This document shows positions 58,801-64,000 of a stretch of DNA of 64,000 bases, piece by piece. The notes under the pieces were generated by a model that saw only the letters and a list, made by a program, of their open reading frames with translations, had not been told where the DNA came from and made no database searches. The translations under genes and the position numbers were made by a program. The first letter of the stretch is position 1; the number at the start of each line of letters is the position of its first letter. Source of the DNA: Marsupella aquatica (Eukaryota; Plantae; Marchantiophyta); contig OZ316897.1 in the NCBI GenBank assembly GCA_973895155.1, forward strand, positions 9,509,832 through 9,573,831. Reading direction: 5' to 3'.

Positions 58801-61800
58801 TATATTGACAAGATCTTGTCATACCTTGATTGTCGAGTCAAGGAGAGCCACCGCAAGATATTTTGCGTCAGGACTAAGACGAACAGAGAGCACATCTTCT
58901 GCCATTCGCAGAGTTCGGGTGTTGCGGATGCTGAGACGCTTGGTGGCCTGCATCAAGTCCAAGTATTCCAGAGAGCTCTTAATGGGTGAGATACATTTCA
59001 ACAACCGGGAGACCTTAAGACAATCCAAAGCTAACATAGTTAAATTCATTTTCACAAGAAGCAAATGAAAGAACGTGAACATCTGCTGCTTCGGAAAAAG
59101 CAATTGAAGGGGCAATTACTGGATGAAACTCCCAACCCAACTAAGGAAACCTTGAGAGAACCACTTCTCAGAATACCTTTTCACAACATAACCTAGAAAA
59201 GGAAGTCTACGAACAGACGAGAATTTGTTGAAAGGGAAATGATTCTCATAACAACTAATTACCTGAACAATCTCATACTCCCAGAACTTCACGTCATGAT
59301 CTGCACTTCCACTGACAAAACCAGATCCATCAGCCAAAGGTGATATAGACCACACCGCACCCAAATGGGCCTCCACTTCTTCAGAACGCTCTGATGCCCT
59401 GATGTCTATAATTTCCAGCTTGCCAGCTTTGGTTCCAATAACTGCATGATTGTTTCCTGGTACAAATATACCAGACAATCCGTATCCCGACTCTATCGTA
59501 TGAAGACAAGCACAAGTTTGTGGGTTCCAGATCTTCACAGCATTGTGACTTGAGGTCATGAGAACGGTGTTATCTTGGCTAAGGCTGGCCACCCGGACGT
59601 CTGACCTATGACCTGGAAGTTCAACGGCATAAACCCGTGACGACGAGTCCTCCAGCAAATCATAAACTTCAATAGAATTGTTGTGCAGAGAAAATGCCAG
59701 GGTCGCAAGTGTGCCTTTCTTCGGCGGCAAGGGTGAAAAACAAAAAGATCTAATTTTCTGCTTCAATCTTATTGTTTGGATCAATTGAAACTTGTCAGAA
59801 GCTCCGATTTCTTCATCCTTGACTGTCTCTTCATCTTGAGTCGTAAAGTGGTCATCCTTTACGACGGTTGTTCCATTCTCAGATTTCCCTGTAGTTGTTT
59901 TAGAAGCTTTTTCTCTTTTCCTCCTCTTCCTCCTTTTCAACCGTCTCATCGCCTCTGATTCATCTGTCACACGAAAAATCTCCACCGTCTTGCCAGCCAC
60001 TTGGCAACCAAGTAGAGTCCCTGACGAATCAAACCTTACGGTCGCAACTCGGTCAGAACAATTTCTTTTAATGGTCCCCAAGAGTTTGAGAACATCCCAC
60101 TTGCCCTTCACCAGAGAACTGCCATTTGCCAGCACATCTACGTCCTGGAGAGCCGTGCGTTCATTTTCACCTGTATTATCGATAAGAGTGTACACATGAA
60201 GCACAGGATCTGCCGAGCCACTTACGAGATATCTTTCCAAGGGATCAACATCAAGGGACCAGATGTCTCCTCGATGACCCACAATGATCTGAATGCAAGA
60301 TTGCATGTCCAGATCCCAAACTCGGACAAATGTATCTTTCGAGCAGCTAATCAATCTTTTATTCTTCTCCAGAAACACAACATCTGTGATCTGTCACACT
60401 CCACGATGTGCAATTAAAACCACTACCTTCTAAACTCTCTTTAGACAGCCAAAAGCGGTCATGGATAACATCTGATTGTGCAGCAGAACAATAAAAGCAA
60501 AACCTGGTGATCACAACTAATAAAGTTGAATCGACCTGAATTCAGGAACCATTTCTAACTCAAAAGCGGAAGGCTGGTAAATGTAAAATTCATCACACAT
60601 ACGCATGACAACATAACTATGCCCCAATGTCTATTCCAGAGGCAAACTCGAGTAGATTGTTGATGAACACCCAAGAATAACCAAAAGCCTTGCATTCTGC
60701 AACAATGGCAAAAGGTACACAAAACCTAAAATATTTCATTATCATCTACCCACCTGGTCCTTATGACCTCGCAGAGAGTACAGTCCTGCCTCTCCGACCA
60801 CATCCCAGACTATGATGTCAGTATCCTTACTCCCTGATGCCAGCAACGAACCAGACCGGTTGTAACGCAACGCTGTGGTAGCTGACTTGTGCCCCACTAG
60901 GGTTGTCTCACATGTACCTTTCACTATATCCCATATTCTCACGGTTCCATCACTGTACCCTGCAGCGACCTACCGTCCAGCCAAAGTAGTCAATGAATCG
61001 CACAACCTTGGTAGCATTCAAGTACTCTATTCTAGAAAAAAATGAGGATGGTTTATAAAGGAATCATCCACATTCATAAGGGGCGATCTAGACGGTAAAC
61101 TTCTATGCGATGAATATGGAACTCAGAAATTGAATGGTGAGATGCATCAGACAGGATGCTTGTTTTGTGCGTCGGGTGTGAAAGTAACACTGGCCATTAC
61201 ACTAAGGTGTATTGATCCAAACTTGTAATGCCCCAGACATTGTCATGTACTAAACGGCATAATCCTTATCTCGGAGAACATATCAGATCAATGAATAGAC
61301 CCAAAATTGGAACTTGAGCTCCATCATACAGCTCAAAGAAAGCACCAAATGTACGCAGGACAAGATCTTTGCCCCGAAAAACAAGGGGAACCGATTCTCA
61401 TCATTGAATACCTCCAATGTAAGCCAAGGGCACCAAATTAGAACGTAAATATGTATTAGAAGAGGTCGATGTCACTAGAGATAAGTAAAAGGGGAACTGT
61501 CGTAATAGACAAATCTCGCCAATTTAGCATGTGAAATTGCATACAAGGCTGTCCAATCTACGAGGGATACATTTAAGGGCCACCTCCGTTATGAGCAAAG
61601 GGCACCAATTTAACAGTGAATTTGCATTGAAGATTGTCCGATCAACCAGGACATTAAAGGGCCACACCATCTTCAGAAATAATGAGCACCAATTGAAGCT
61701 GAATTTGCAGTGCAAGGGTTCCAGTCTACGAGAGAAATCCTAAAGGTGCACCAAGTTGAACAAAGCCCACTGGAGTGATATTGAGCGGCTTACCAGAGAT

Positions 61801-62036
61801 TCGGACAAGGGCATCCGAAGCACGGAAGTGACAGCTGCCTTTCCCCCGCCCGCGTTGGAATTGGGCAGGGAGAGACTGTGTACGTTGCGCCCCTGTTTGA
61901 CATTCCACACCACCAGCTGCTCCAAGGCTCCGGCCAGCAGCAACTTCCCAGACTTGTCGTAGTCGATATTCGCTTCCGACGAGACTACCACGCCGAAAGC
62001 GGCAGCCTCCTCATAGCGGAGATAGGCCTTCACCAT
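55878..62036 (-). CDS. WDR3: WD40 protein WDR3/UTP12/DIP2 (U3 snoRNA-associated, SSU processome), multi-exon
   Basis: Starts MVKAYLRYE. WD40 repeats include GHKSATTAL..LASGSKDTDIIVWD, LPGHRSDVR, FFLSLYGHKLPVL.MDISSD, LEGHHAEVW. The Utp12 C-terminal domain is in spliced exons (PNVLLLGLSP..VRPSDLEQALL|MLPF, VELACRV...IHHQQL, LKDTLGFNLAAM). Stop TAA at 55878-55880. Confidence 0.94.
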
Positions 62037-62308
62037 ATCTGCAGCTCAGCTCAGCTCAGTTCACCATGCACAATGCCTCAGCAAGAACCATCATCACTGC
62101 CCACCAGAAATTCCTTAGCTTGTGGGCGATCGTGGAGCTGTAGCATGAACATTCATAGAGCTCAGAAACGATGACAGGATCGTGGATGGTACTTCCTTGC
62201 AGCTGCAATTCGACCTGACGCCTCGTGAGAGCACGAAGGAAATGGGAGCACAGAATAGATTGACAGCCCGGCTCAACCCGAAGAAGTTGCCCTCACCGGA
62301 GCACCCTT

Positions 62309-62538
62309 AAACCCTAAACCCAGAAACGCCCAAAACCTCCAACATTCGAGTGAGGTTCCATGAGCGGACAATCCAGGGGTAACGCACACTCCCAGGGAAT
62401 CTGACTAATAAGGGTAACCTTGCCTGTAGTTCGTCCTCAGTTGTGGGGCCCTCTATTCTCCCAAAATTGTGGGGGGAAAAGCCGTGACAGACGCAACACA
62501 GCAAAATAATATATGGTGCTGCTATGTGTCATTGGGCC
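62309..62538 (-). promoter_or_regulatory. Telo-box plus site II elements upstream of WDR3
   Basis: AAACCCTAAA at 62309-62318, GGGGCCC at ~62445 and TGGGCC at 62533-62538. This pairing is known from plant ribosome-biogenesis gene promoters. Confidence 0.55.
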
Positions 62539-64000
62539 AGCCACCTTGAATGACAAATGTTGAGTGAGTCAATTAGTCTTATTTGCGCTTCACAGGTAAG
62601 GACATAGAGGGGTGCAGAGTTTTTTTTTCATTTTTATCTTGAGGGAATACTTTATTTTACTTCTAAGAGAAGTAAAACCCAATAAAGAACGTGAATAAAA
62701 CAGGCCAGACCCAAAACAGGTCACAGACCAAACGCAACACCAAGACTGAACATATTCAGTCAAGGGAGGAAGGGCCAAACAGGAGAAAAAGTGAAAAGCT
62801 GCAAAACGGGCCCCACCAAAAAGCAACTAAATCTAAAACAAATAATCAGCAGAACCCAGGGCCACACTCAGACAAAAGTAATAGGGAGGGACCCCATAAT
62901 AGGCTACAAAGTTTCCAACCTTTGCCATTCTTGCTAATGGGGGGTTCAAGCCTGACATTCTCTGTGTATAGCATGCTGCCGGAGATTCAGTTTAGGGCCG
63001 TAAAACTGGGGGTGTGAAGTGAATGGAGGCAGCATTGGCCTCACTTCCACTTATGCTCAGAGAAAGGGTGATCAGACTGGTCCCCAAAAACACTGAAACC
63101 AACCCTATGATAGTTCATAGGGAGGCTCTCCCTTATTTACAACTGTGGAGGGCGGGGTCTTGTTTAGCAATTACAGGAGGTGGTGCTAAATGCAAGCAGT
63201 AAGTTCCATAGCTTTGTGGAACTGGTCACCAAAGAACCAACGGTGGAGATTTCCAAACCAGGTGTGGATCAAGGCTACAGCCACAACCCACATCACCAGA
63301 AATAAATAGTCTATGGGGACAAATTGGCTCATCAATCTCCATTGGCTAATAACTAAGGGGCCTGGAAATCTTATTTAATGAGATCAACTGTCCAAATCCA
63401 TCCACATGATGTCTAACCTGACACTCCATGAAAGTGATACTTAACTAAGCCAAGACATGGTTGGAGAAGTATGGACAACCTAGTAATGAGTGGATGCGGT
63501 AGACAAGGGAGAGACTCTGCGATTGTTGACCCAAGATATGCTTTGATCAGTATGGACAAGATTAAGATTTTGGCAACTACAGTATATAACCAAGACATGG
63601 TTAGATAAGTATGGACAAACTAATAATGATTGGATAAGAGAAAGACTAAACTACATTGTTTGTGCTATTGGCATGGGTATGAGAAAACTCCTAAAAATAA
63701 GAGAGTATTTTCCTCTAATATAGTACAAGTGTTTCACAAAGAGAAACTAATGCAGATGTACGCATTGAAAATTTCAAAGGGCAAATAGAAAGATAGTGAG
63801 GGTTGAGGTATTATTTTCTAGGGTTATGGGTACACCCAGGTTCCATGGAGAATCCTGTTTCGGCCACTGCTTTTCAAGTATATACAGAAAATTCGTGTAT
63901 AATATAATCCAGACACAAATACAATATATTTTAGGGGAACGGCCTGAGTGTAAGCTGCACAAGTAGCTTGTGAAGCAGGATAATGCCAGTGTTTATATTT

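Noticed and set aside
62600-63400. Possible antisense LINE tail with a T-tract and a decayed Cys/His motif
   Set aside because: Evidence is suggestive only; needs a translated search against LINE ORF2.

Overview
Eukaryotic nuclear DNA from a land plant, most likely a liverwort (inferred from the alpha/beta-hydrolase-NB-ARC-LRR immune receptor). It has spliceosomal introns and many transposons. In order along the window: (1) a bacterial-type GH16 glycoside hydrolase with an ExDxxE motif, probably horizontally acquired and with spliced 5' exons; (2) an intronless dymeclin gene; (3) a 2.37-kb Mutator-like foldback element with ~900-bp inverted arms and a 10-bp TSD; (4) a ~1700-aa hydrolase-NB-ARC-LRR (HNL) NLR with a Cys nucleophile elbow, an MHE motif and a stop plus frameshift in its LRR array that a 197-nt GT-AG intron made of decayed LRR sequence would remove cleanly; (5) a CesA pseudogene fragment; (6) a full-length but disabled Ty1/Copia element (403-bp LTRs, TACAC TSD) nested in an older MULE relic; (7) an 8-exon LHT amino-acid transporter with two tRNA-derived SINEs in its introns; (8) a MITE; (9) intronless PsaE; (10) an IRKI/GIL1-like gene with a 173-bp satellite upstream; (11) the WDR3/UTP12 ribosome-biogenesis gene. 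All gene models were read by eye. No database searches were run.
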